DNA of 32,000 bases, taken from Ferroglobus placidus DSM 10642 (GTDB lineage Archaea; Halobacteriota; Archaeoglobi; Archaeoglobales; Archaeoglobaceae). A program made the position numbers and the translations under genes. The stretch's first letter is position 1; every line of letters starts with the position of its first letter. Of the stretch, positions 7,947-16,014 are shown one piece after another. The notes beneath the pieces are model-generated. The model ran no database searches. It saw only the letters and a program-made list of their open reading frames with translations, and had not been told where the DNA came from. The stretch lies in NCBI RefSeq assembly GCF_000025505.1, contig NC_013849.1, positions 390,001 to 422,000 of the forward strand, written 5' to 3'.

Positions 7947-8981
7947 ATGAAGGAGAGAGTGGAGTCGGAAAAGGAGCAGGTTGAGATAGATGTTGGCGAG
8001 GGAGTAAAGTGGTATCCGCCGGAACTTATACCAAAGACTGTACAAATTAAGCGCACAGTCTCAATCCCAACCGCCGTTCTCGCTGCTGCCGGGGTTGACC
8101 TGTCAAAAGACATTTACGGCAGATGGGTTGTTGACAGGGACGACTACCTGCTGGAGATATCATATAAAGAGGGAGAGGGGTTCAGCAGGCTCATCAGACC
8201 CAGCCTCACATCATGCAGGCTCACATACGTTCCAAATGCGGTGAGAAATAGAGTGGAAAATTTCAGCAGGTTCTTCTGGACCGCTGAGGGTAAAAACGTA
8301 CTCAGATTCGTCCCGGCCAAAAACAGGATAAAAATCAAGAGATTTCTGGGATATTGTGTGGTGGACGAGGACAGGCTGCTTTTACCGCGCATATTTTCAG
8401 CAAGCCACTGCATACTCGGGTTTGCAGATGGGTTCGACTTCATCATTGCCATTCCTGACGACAGTCATGGTGTTAGTGTCAGCGTGGCAGGGAGTGCTGT
8501 TGTCGGTGTCGGCGTGGTAGGGAAGTCGAGCATAGCAGAAGAACCAAAACAGAGGGAAGGAGAGGAGGTGGAGGAGGAAAAAGAGGGGAGAGAGAAAGAG
8601 GAAGAGGAGCAGAAGTGTGATGAAGTGGTGGTCGGTGTAAAAGAGAATGAGGCGAGGGAAGGGGCAGAGACAGATTTCCTTGAGGTGGATCTGAAACCTT
8701 TGCCAGCGCCAGTGAGGGCGCAGCTGGCCCGGCAGTTCCGGCTACCGGACAGGTGGCTGTGCTGGGAGGGGTTTGCTGAGATCATGTCATCCAGAGGACC
8801 CATCGAAAGAAAATGCATTGTTCTCTCTCCCGTAGTTCTGGAAAAGGCGCTGGAAGAGATGCAGTTGCAGGAAGAAAGGCAGGAAAGTGTGCAGAGAGAG
8901 GAACAGGAAGTGATGGAAGGAGAGGAAGAGGCTAGGGGAGAGCAGGTACAGGAAGAGGTGCAGGAGGCTGTGTTACCATGA
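7947..8981 (+). CDS. hypothetical protein; possible AbrB/SpoVT-like N-terminal segment, two acidic low-complexity regions
   Basis: 344-aa ORF with a GGTG SD 6 nt upstream. RTVSIPTAVLAAAGVDL resembles a swapped-hairpin DNA-binding motif (weak). Confidence 0.65.
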   Translation: MKERVESEKEQVEIDVGEGVKWYPPELIPKTVQIKRTVSIPTAVLAAAGVDLSKDIYGRWVVDRDDYLLEISYKEGEGFSRLIRPSLTSCRLTYVPNAVRNRVENFSRFFWTAEGKNVLRFVPAKNRIKIKRFLGYCVVDEDRLLLPRIFSASHCILGFADGFDFIIAIPDDSHGVSVSVAGSAVVGVGVVGKSSIAEEPKQREGEEVEEEKEGREKEEEEQKCDEVVVGVKENEAREGAETDFLEVDLKPLPAPVRAQLARQFRLPDRWLCWEGFAEIMSSRGPIERKCIVLSPVVLEKALEEMQLQEERQESVQREEQEVMEGEEEARGEQVQEEVQEAVLP

Positions 8982-9187
8982 TCCTCCCGGCCGCACTGTT
9001 CGTCTCGCTCCGGGAGAGCATCAGAGACATTGGGAGTCGGAGAAAGATGGATTCCGCCCCGGAAGATGAAGAGGAAGGGAATGGAGTGGAAGGGATGCCA
9101 GAGGAACAGAGAGAGGTTTTCAGGCTGATCTACGCTCTCAGCCTTCTATTTGCAGAGAGAGATGAAGAGATCGAGAAAATTCTGTGA
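8978..9187 (+). CDS. hypothetical small acidic protein
   Basis: 69-aa ORF whose start overlaps the upstream stop (ATGA coupling). Confidence 0.5.
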   Translation: MILPAALFVSLRESIRDIGSRRKMDSAPEDEEEGNGVEGMPEEQREVFRLIYALSLLFAERDEEIEKIL

Positions 9188-9193
9188 GGGGAG

Positions 9194-9547
9194 ATGCAGG
9201 GTGTGGTAAATTCTTTTCTCGGGAAAACCACAACGCTTCCTGTAGCCGTCACTGTCAGGTTCAGAAATGAAAGGAAAAAGATCTACGTGAGCTTCGGGGA
9301 GCTGAGAATCCCGAAACATGCTAAAATTGATGAAGCTGAAATGGAGAAGCTCGGAGAAAAATACTCCTGCAGGATTGCCGAAACTGGAAATATGTGGGTT
9401 GTAGTGCCGCAGGGAGTGCTAAAAATAATAAGAGAGGAGGGGGTGCTGTGTTCCGAAATTGATGAGCACACGAAAATCCTGAGGGGCTGGTTTGAAAAAC
9501 ATGGTGTGAAGCTGATAAAAGAGTTTTTTGAACGCGGGTGGTTCTGA
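9194..9547 (+). CDS. hypothetical protein
   Basis: 117-aa ORF, 6 nt after the previous stop, with a purine-rich SD-like sequence upstream. Confidence 0.6.
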   Translation: MQGVVNSFLGKTTTLPVAVTVRFRNERKKIYVSFGELRIPKHAKIDEAEMEKLGEKYSCRIAETGNMWVVVPQGVLKIIREEGVLCSEIDEHTKILRGWFEKHGVKLIKEFFERGWF

Positions 9548-9579
9548 TTGCTTGTTGTTGGGGTTCAAGGGGTGAGTTG

Positions 9580-9945
9580 ATGGGTCTTCTGGATAAACTT
9601 TTCGGAAGAGAACAAGATGAGGAGGATGCTGGGCCCTTTGATGTGGAAAGCTTTTCGGAGCTTAACAGATATCTGAAGGATAACAGATGCGTGGTCGTGG
9701 AGTTCTGGATGAGAGGTTGTTCTCCTTGCAAAGCAATGGATGCAATTGTGAAGAGGCTTGCTAAAGAATACAGGGGAAAGGTGATGTTTCTTAAATCACA
9801 CTTCCGCACAGAAATTGCGGATAAATACAAGGTGAAGAGTGTACCAACATTTCTGCTGTTTGTAGATGGGAAAGTGAGAAAGAAGAAGAGGGGAGCGATG
9901 AGCTATGAGGCTTTCAAGAACTGGATGTCTGGGTGCGTTCGCTGA
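9580..9945 (+). CDS. thioredoxin-like protein (CSPC active site)
   Basis: VVEFWMRGCSPCKAM ... KVKSVPTFLLFVDGK is the classic thioredoxin fold signature. ATG 9580 has a GGTGA SD 4 nt upstream; the track start is 9538. Confidence 0.8.
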   Translation: MGLLDKLFGREQDEEDAGPFDVESFSELNRYLKDNRCVVVEFWMRGCSPCKAMDAIVKRLAKEYRGKVMFLKSHFRTEIADKYKVKSVPTFLLFVDGKVRKKKRGAMSYEAFKNWMSGCVR

Positions 9946-9977
9946 ATTTTCAATTGTGAATGCTTAGGGTGTGTTGA

Positions 9978-10673
9978 ATGGTTGCTTTTTTGAGGAGAGA
10001 GGTTGCAAGGAGGGTTTTTGCCAGGGAACTCATGGACTCATCCTACACAATCAGGGATGAGTTCGAGAAGAGTCCGGTTTATGTTCTAACACCCCTTGGA
10101 TTAAAATGCAACAGGGTTTTTATTATCGGAGTTCTCGCGGAAAAGGAGGAGGTTGGGGAAGAAGGGAATGTTTACAGGGTCAGGATACTTGACCAGACCG
10201 GCTCCTTTGTTGGTTATGTTGGAAGATTTCAGCCTGAGGCCTATGAGGCTCTTGAAGAGATAGATATACTGACTCTTGTTGCAACAACAGCAAAGGTGAG
10301 GGTTTTTGAGGGCGAAACGAGGAAATTTGTTTTTATCCGCCCCGAGACAATAAGCCCTGCCGACCCTGAATCGAGGGACTACTGGGTTGTTGAAACGGCA
10401 GTCCATACACTTGAAAGGATAAGGGAGATGAAGAGAGGAGAGAGTGAGAATGCCAGGCTTGCAAAGGAAATATACAATACAAATCTTGAAGAGTATAAGA
10501 GTATGGTTAAAGAGGCGGTGATGAGGCTGATGGAGGATTATGCGGAAGTTGAGGAAGATAAAGAGGAGGGAGAAGAGGAGATAACTCTTGAAGAGATAGT
10601 GAAAAAACTTAATAGCTTTTTAGACGTTGAGGAGGAGGAAGAAATAGACTTGATGAAGCTTCTGGAAGAGTAG
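9978..10673 (+). CDS. RPA32/COG3390-like OB-fold ssDNA-binding protein with acidic C-terminal tail
   Basis: The pattern ARRVFARELMDS..PVYVLTPLGLKCNRVFIIGVLAEKE..YRVRILDQTGSF matches my memory of archaeal RPA32-type OB-fold proteins. The acidic tail is typical of SSBs. Confidence 0.55.
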   Translation: MVAFLRREVARRVFARELMDSSYTIRDEFEKSPVYVLTPLGLKCNRVFIIGVLAEKEEVGEEGNVYRVRILDQTGSFVGYVGRFQPEAYEALEEIDILTLVATTAKVRVFEGETRKFVFIRPETISPADPESRDYWVVETAVHTLERIREMKRGESENARLAKEIYNTNLEEYKSMVKEAVMRLMEDYAEVEEDKEEGEEEITLEEIVKKLNSFLDVEEEEEIDLMKLLEE

Positions 10674-10697
10674 TTGCGTCCATCAGGAGGACCTGGT

Positions 10698-11021
10698 ATG
10701 AGGGAGGAAAGTAGAGATGCAATGCGGGTGTATCTTAATAAAATTGGAGAGTTTGAGCTTTCGGATAGTTTGGCATTCAGCGTCTCATATGACGAACAGG
10801 GTTTGTGGTGTGTGGAAAACGATGAAGTAGAAATATATGGGTACGGTTCAACTTTTCATGAGGCTGTAAAAGATTTGGAGGAGAGTTTGAGGTCATTGTT
10901 AATTGGATTTCTTGCTTTCCCAGATGAAAAGCTCAATGAGCGATCGAAGGAAATAAAATTAGCCCTATCCAAATACATAAACATAGATAAATATAAAAAA
11001 GTGTATGATCCCTTAAGGTGA
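10698..11021 (+). CDS. HicB/UPF0150-like small protein (tentative)
   Basis: FSVSYDEQGLWCVENDEVEIYGYGSTFHEAVKDLEESL resembles the HicB-type antitoxin fold. ATG 10698 follows GGAGG; no HicA partner was seen. Confidence 0.4.
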   Translation: MREESRDAMRVYLNKIGEFELSDSLAFSVSYDEQGLWCVENDEVEIYGYGSTFHEAVKDLEESLRSLLIGFLAFPDEKLNERSKEIKLALSKYINIDKYKKVYDPLR

Positions 11022-12215
11022 GTTCCCCTTGCCTACAATTACCCTCCCATCAGGCAGTGTTGCCACATACACCCATCCAGCTTCGAGGTATGAGTCGATT
11101 TCTTCAGGCCTTACAGCCTTCTGCTTCGGTTCAACACCTTCATCTCCTCCTTCAGCTGTTCTTGTCTGCAGGAAGAACATTGCTGCCCTCTCGTACTTCA
11201 GCCTCATATCCTCAACAAGTGATTCAGGCAGCCTGTTCTTGTTTGTTGTATACTGATGCTCTATATCCCCCTTGTGCCCCATCCAGAAGACCCTGTAGTC
11301 TTCAGGAATTATTCCTGCTGCCTCCGCCATAAGCATGTAGGTGTCGAAGTAGTGCCTCAGCACATAGGGGCGCCAGTCAAAGCCGGCAATTCTTATAGCC
11401 TTTCTTACAGCATTGGAAATGCTTGCAGTTCTAAGAAAGCTGGTGCCAGCCCTCCCGGAAATCAGAGGTGAGGAGGGTGTGAGCTTCTCCCCCTTCCTTA
11501 GCCGCATGCTGAGGTAATCCTGCAAGTATTCACATCCCTCCTCACACAGAAATGTGAAGTACTGGTGCCCCGCCTTACTGAGGGATGATCTGACAACAAC
11601 CATCGCAGGAGTGTTGATAAACTCCACTCTATCCCCTATCCTCAGCTCCGGAACATCTCCAATCCTCAATCCATCCTCACCCCTGTAATCTCCAAGAACG
11701 CCAAGGCGCACTCCTGCAAAGGCTATGAGGGCTATCGCCGCCCTAACCCTCAAATCGGCTTTCCACAGCACTTTCCTCAGCTCTTTTTTTGATGGTACCC
11801 TCTCAGTCTCAGAAACCCTTGTCCTGTGGACATCCTTAATCCTGATGTGGACGTTGAAGGGGCGGTTGTGAAATCTGAACCAGCTCTTCAGCACCTTCAC
11901 AAAGGATATGGCATAGCTTCCAGACTTATCCTCAAGGGATGTGATGTAGTCCATCAAAACGTCTCTGAGCCTGCTGTCCTCCATATCCAGCAGCATTTCC
12001 GGATCTATGTCTGTGTCCCTGCAGAACTTTGCGAGCCTTTTCAGGTAGAGGTCTGCGGTTGCAGGAGATCCCCTTGCCAGATTCCTGTACCATCTCAGCA
12101 CGCTGCTGATTTTCAGCAGGTCTCTGTAGCTTGTTATAGCTGGCGGGTTTTGATCCTGCTGCCGCCACTGCCACGGCGGGTTTTGATCCTGGCCCTGATC
12201 CTGGTCCGGATCCAT
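11013..12215 (-). CDS. tyrosine recombinase / integrase
   Basis: C-terminal catalytic signatures: AFAGVRLG, HVLRHYFDTYM, WMGHKGDIEHQYT. ATG 12215 has an AGGTGGTG SD and lies 17 nt after the SF2 helicase stop. The Q/D-rich N-terminal tail is unusual. Confidence 0.85.
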   Translation of the reverse strand: MDPDQDQGQDQNPPWQWRQQDQNPPAITSYRDLLKISSVLRWYRNLARGSPATADLYLKRLAKFCRDTDIDPEMLLDMEDSRLRDVLMDYITSLEDKSGSYAISFVKVLKSWFRFHNRPFNVHIRIKDVHRTRVSETERVPSKKELRKVLWKADLRVRAAIALIAFAGVRLGVLGDYRGEDGLRIGDVPELRIGDRVEFINTPAMVVVRSSLSKAGHQYFTFLCEEGCEYLQDYLSMRLRKGEKLTPSSPLISGRAGTSFLRTASISNAVRKAIRIAGFDWRPYVLRHYFDTYMLMAEAAGIIPEDYRVFWMGHKGDIEHQYTTNKNRLPESLVEDMRLKYERAAMFFLQTRTAEGGDEGVEPKQKAVRPEEIDSYLEAGWVYVATLPDGRVIVGKGNSP

Positions 12216-12232
12216 AACACCCACCACCTGCT

Positions 12233-13747
12233 CTACCTCACAACCTCAATCCTGAACCCGCGCTCTGTAATGGCGTAAAGCCTCTTCTGGTACTTCTCAA
12301 ACTCCTCTTCAGTCATCAGAATTATGTGCTCTGGCTCCTGCTTTTGAGAGTGCATGAGTCTTCCGAAACGCTGGCTCTCCTGCATTCTGCTGCCTCCAAG
12401 AAATGCAATCTCCACCACTCTCTCCACATCTCCTATGCTGATACCTTCATCACCAACCCTTGAAACCACACAAACCTCAGAATCTCTTATGATATCCATC
12501 CTGTTCTTTGTCTCGCCATAAACGAATGGAACGCCGAACTCCCTTGCAATCCTCTTGCCGAAATCGATGCTGTCGCAGAAGATGATCGTTTTTGCAGGAA
12601 TTTCCAACAGATCCCTGAGCTTCCTCAGCTTCTCTCTCTCACTGTCTACAATGTACAGCTTGAACACCGGTTCTTTAACAACTCCTTTCTCCAGCAACTC
12701 ATCCCACGATAAGCCGACTGGAAAGCCTGTAAGGGCGAAAATGTAGTTCTCCCTTTTGTCTTCTCTGAAAGGGCTTCCGCTAAGCCCGATTCTGTATTTC
12801 GTTTTAATCGTTGCAAGCCTTATGAAGGTGTTGGCTGGGAGATGGTGCACTTCATCAAAAATTGTCAGCGTAAACTCCTTTTTTGCAACTTTGTGGTATG
12901 AGTGGTAGGTTATGACCTCTATTTCGCTGGCATACTCAGGGATGTACTTCCTTATCCTCTCTTCCCACTGCTCTACAAGTGTTCTTGTTGGCACTACAAC
13001 AAGCTTTTTGCCCTTAATCCTCGCAAGAGCATAAACACCGAACAGGGACTTGCCCGCTCCGAATGGCCAAAATATTCCCACAGCCCCCTTATCCAGGAAC
13101 TCTTCCCAGGCCTTTTCCTGATATGATCTCAGCTTGATTTCATCCCACTCCCTTAAATCCTCATCACTGACCGGCTGCGGGATAAACGGAAGGATGCCGT
13201 CCTCGATCAGCTTTGCTATCAGCTCGAATTCGTATCCTTTCTTTATCTTTATCCTGTCCTCGCCCTCTCTCCTCAGCAGATACTTCCTGTATTTCCTCCA
13301 CGCCTCATCCTGATGCTCCCTGCCCGTCCACAGAACACCGTCGATAACCTTGTAAGGCTTAACTTCCGGAAACTTCAGCCTCTTTTTGATGTTTTCAGGG
13401 AGTGGGTAGAGCCACTGGGTGTATCGGTTAATTACAAAGATTCTGTAGGCTTTTGTTTCTCTCTCAAGCCAGCCGATGTTGAATCGGATAAATTTTGGAA
13501 CAATGACATAGTACTCATCCTTTCGCTTTGGCAGGATTAGATACGGTTCCTCCAGGAACTCCTCAATCAAACTACCAACATCATCCTCAAGGTTTAGAAT
13601 CTGGAGCTGGCTGAGTTTCTCCTCAAGTTCCCTCTCAAACCGCCTTTTCTCCTCCTGCAGCAGGGCCACAAGTTCATCCAGTCTTGAAATCCCCTTCTCA
13701 ACATCCTCCACAACCCTTCTGATTTCACCGTCAGCGAGCACCTTCAT
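12233..13747 (-). CDS. SF2 DEAD/DEAH-box helicase (XPB/Rad25/COG1061-like) with unknown ~230-aa N-terminal domain
   Basis: Walker A FGAGKS, DEVH box (IFDEVHH), and later motifs SGSPFRED and QESQRFGRLMH. ATG 13747 has a GGTGA SD; the track start is 13834. Confidence 0.85.
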   Translation of the reverse strand: MKVLADGEIRRVVEDVEKGISRLDELVALLQEEKRRFERELEEKLSQLQILNLEDDVGSLIEEFLEEPYLILPKRKDEYYVIVPKFIRFNIGWLERETKAYRIFVINRYTQWLYPLPENIKKRLKFPEVKPYKVIDGVLWTGREHQDEAWRKYRKYLLRREGEDRIKIKKGYEFELIAKLIEDGILPFIPQPVSDEDLREWDEIKLRSYQEKAWEEFLDKGAVGIFWPFGAGKSLFGVYALARIKGKKLVVVPTRTLVEQWEERIRKYIPEYASEIEVITYHSYHKVAKKEFTLTIFDEVHHLPANTFIRLATIKTKYRIGLSGSPFREDKRENYIFALTGFPVGLSWDELLEKGVVKEPVFKLYIVDSEREKLRKLRDLLEIPAKTIIFCDSIDFGKRIAREFGVPFVYGETKNRMDIIRDSEVCVVSRVGDEGISIGDVERVVEIAFLGGSRMQESQRFGRLMHSQKQEPEHIILMTEEEFEKYQKRLYAITERGFRIEVVR

Positions 13748-13914
13748 ACTCTCACCTTTTGGCCAAGGTCTGGAGCCGCAGTTTGGTCGCCGCAGTTTGT
13801 CGCTGCCACACACCCTCACCACTCTCTTCTCCACTCTCTTCTCACAACCCGCTCACGTCAGATCCTGTGCTGAGCTCACTGGAGAGCAGGTGCTATCGCA
13901 GCCTTCACCCACTC

Positions 13915-15744
13915 TCACACTCCCGCGCCTCCGCCTGCAGATGCAGACGCAGATGCAGCTGAAGTAAGACCCTTAACAAGGAACACAGACCTTTCCCTGT
14001 TGCAGAACTCAAGAAAGTCCCTGAGCACACCACCTCTCGACCTTATCCTCCTCCAGTTCCCCACCACAATCAACTTTTTCCTTGCCCTTGTAAAGGCAAC
14101 GTTCAGCCTGTTCGGATCTGCAGCGAACCTGAAGTTTCTGGTTGCCGTAACGGTGAAGATAACAACATCCTTCTCCCTCCCCTGGAAAGCATCCACAGTC
14201 CCAATCTCAACCGACCTGCCCATCACCTCCTTCAGCAGCTCAACCTGTGCTCTGTAGGGAGAGATGCACGCAATCTCCTGCTCAGGAACTCCTGCCTTCA
14301 CGAGCTCCTCAACCAGCCACCTGCACACCTCCACCTCACTAACATTTGCCTTCGATCCATCCATAACCACCTCTTCCCCCTCAACGCTGACAAAGACAAC
14401 CGGTTTGTCGGGGGAGAGTGCGGGCTGAACATGCTTTCCCGTCTCAAGAACAATGCTCCTGCATGACTCATCAGGCTGAATGCTCTCCTCATAGAAAAAC
14501 CTTGTAAGGGAGGCTATCTTGCTGTTGCTCCTGTAATGCCTCTTCAGCCACTTCACGCGGTGAGGATACTTGTTTTTCAGGTAGATGAACGCGCTGTATC
14601 TCCGTGCATCTCTTACAGACCTCAAAACGGGGAGGAGCTGATGGTGGTCGCCAACAAGCACGTACTTTCTGGCTTTAACCATGCCGAGCAGGGCCAGGCT
14701 TATGCTCACCTGACTTGACTCATCTATCAGCACCGTGTCAAACTCAACATTCTTCACGGGCCAGAGGTTGGACTTTATCAGGGTTGTGCCAACAATTTTC
14801 GCCTCCTCCACCACCTCCTCCTCAGCTGCTTTGAGCAGTTCCGCCCTCTCGTGGTACAGAAAATCCAGCCCCATGCTGAGAAAGACCTCTCCCCACCCTC
14901 CCTTCTTCCTCCTTCTCATATTCTTTTTAATCCTCTCTACCTCTCTGTCCAGCTGTTTAAGCCTCCTTCCCACTCCCTCCTTTTCCCTTGCCCTATTTTC
15001 GATGAGATAATCCTTCATGCTCTCAGAAACCCTCTCGGGCCTGCCCACTCTGACGGCCATGGATGGGTGCAGCCTCTCAAGGGCAGTATCAACCGCCCTG
15101 TTTGTGTGGGAGGTTATCAGAACCTTCTCTCCCTGATCTGCAAGCTCAAGTGCTGCCCTTGAAATGACCCTCGTTTTCCCCGTTCCAGGCGGGCCAACCA
15201 CAAGGAGCAGCTCTCCCTCCTCAAGGGCAAGAATGGACTCTACCGCCTCTTTCTGAAACTCATCCAGGCCAACACCCACAATCCTCTTTCTCGCAATTGC
15301 TGGAGGGAGTTTTGCTTTGCCGAAAACAACCTCGGAAGCCATCTCCTCAAGCGGATCTGCAGCACCGTGGATAATCTTCTCCAGGAGGTTTATCTGGAGA
15401 TCATAACCCACTAGGTTCTCGGATTTAAAGACCAGAAGAGACTCTTCATTAAATGCGAGAGGAGAGGTGGAGTAAACAACCGCCGTATCATCATACCTGT
15501 CGACAACAAAACCGAGGTTTACAGGCCTATCCAACAGCACACCGACAGTGTCCCCCACATCAAAAAGCCAGAAGTCCTTGACGAGGTGGACTTTCCCAAC
15601 TGTGTATATCCTGGAGGGTGTAGCTCCAGCTCCAAGCCCTTCCTCCCCAAATATTTCCTTCTCCACCTCTTTCACAGCCAGTCTCCTCTCCTCAAGAACC
15701 AGCTGCAAAAGCTCCTCCAGCATGCTCCTGCCAACTCTCGCCAT
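13915..15744 (-). CDS. SF1 Upf1/DNA2-NAM7-like helicase (paralog A)
   Basis: GPPGTGKT, LITSHTNRAVD, VLIDESSQ, LVGDHHQLLPV, TVDAFQGREKDVVIF, NVAFTRARKKLIVVGN. Start chosen at ATG 15744 (TATA-like ggttataaaag at 15781-15791); the track start is 15780. Confidence 0.88.
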   Translation of the reverse strand: MARVGRSMLEELLQLVLEERRLAVKEVEKEIFGEEGLGAGATPSRIYTVGKVHLVKDFWLFDVGDTVGVLLDRPVNLGFVVDRYDDTAVVYSTSPLAFNEESLLVFKSENLVGYDLQINLLEKIIHGAADPLEEMASEVVFGKAKLPPAIARKRIVGVGLDEFQKEAVESILALEEGELLLVVGPPGTGKTRVISRAALELADQGEKVLITSHTNRAVDTALERLHPSMAVRVGRPERVSESMKDYLIENRAREKEGVGRRLKQLDREVERIKKNMRRRKKGGWGEVFLSMGLDFLYHERAELLKAAEEEVVEEAKIVGTTLIKSNLWPVKNVEFDTVLIDESSQVSISLALLGMVKARKYVLVGDHHQLLPVLRSVRDARRYSAFIYLKNKYPHRVKWLKRHYRSNSKIASLTRFFYEESIQPDESCRSIVLETGKHVQPALSPDKPVVFVSVEGEEVVMDGSKANVSEVEVCRWLVEELVKAGVPEQEIACISPYRAQVELLKEVMGRSVEIGTVDAFQGREKDVVIFTVTATRNFRFAADPNRLNVAFTRARKKLIVVGNWRRIRSRGGVLRDFLEFCNRERSVFLVKGLTSAASASASAGGGAGV

Positions 15745-16014
15745 CTCTATCCCCCTTCTCAAGGAGACTTTCTGCGCCATCTTTTATAACCTTTTTGGTT
15801 CATTTGTCCTGCATTGAGTGAACATATCAGTTTACCATTAATCAAATAATGGAACCACTATTACAAAATACTGTAACGGATTTACCCTTATGTTTTGATG
15901 GCTGTTCTGTGGGGTTTTACTTTAATAAAGTATTCTGGAGGCTTAGAGGCGAATGTTTAATGCCGATCACTCTCCGGTCACTTTCATCTGGGCAGGAGCT
16001 GCTGTTACAGCTTG

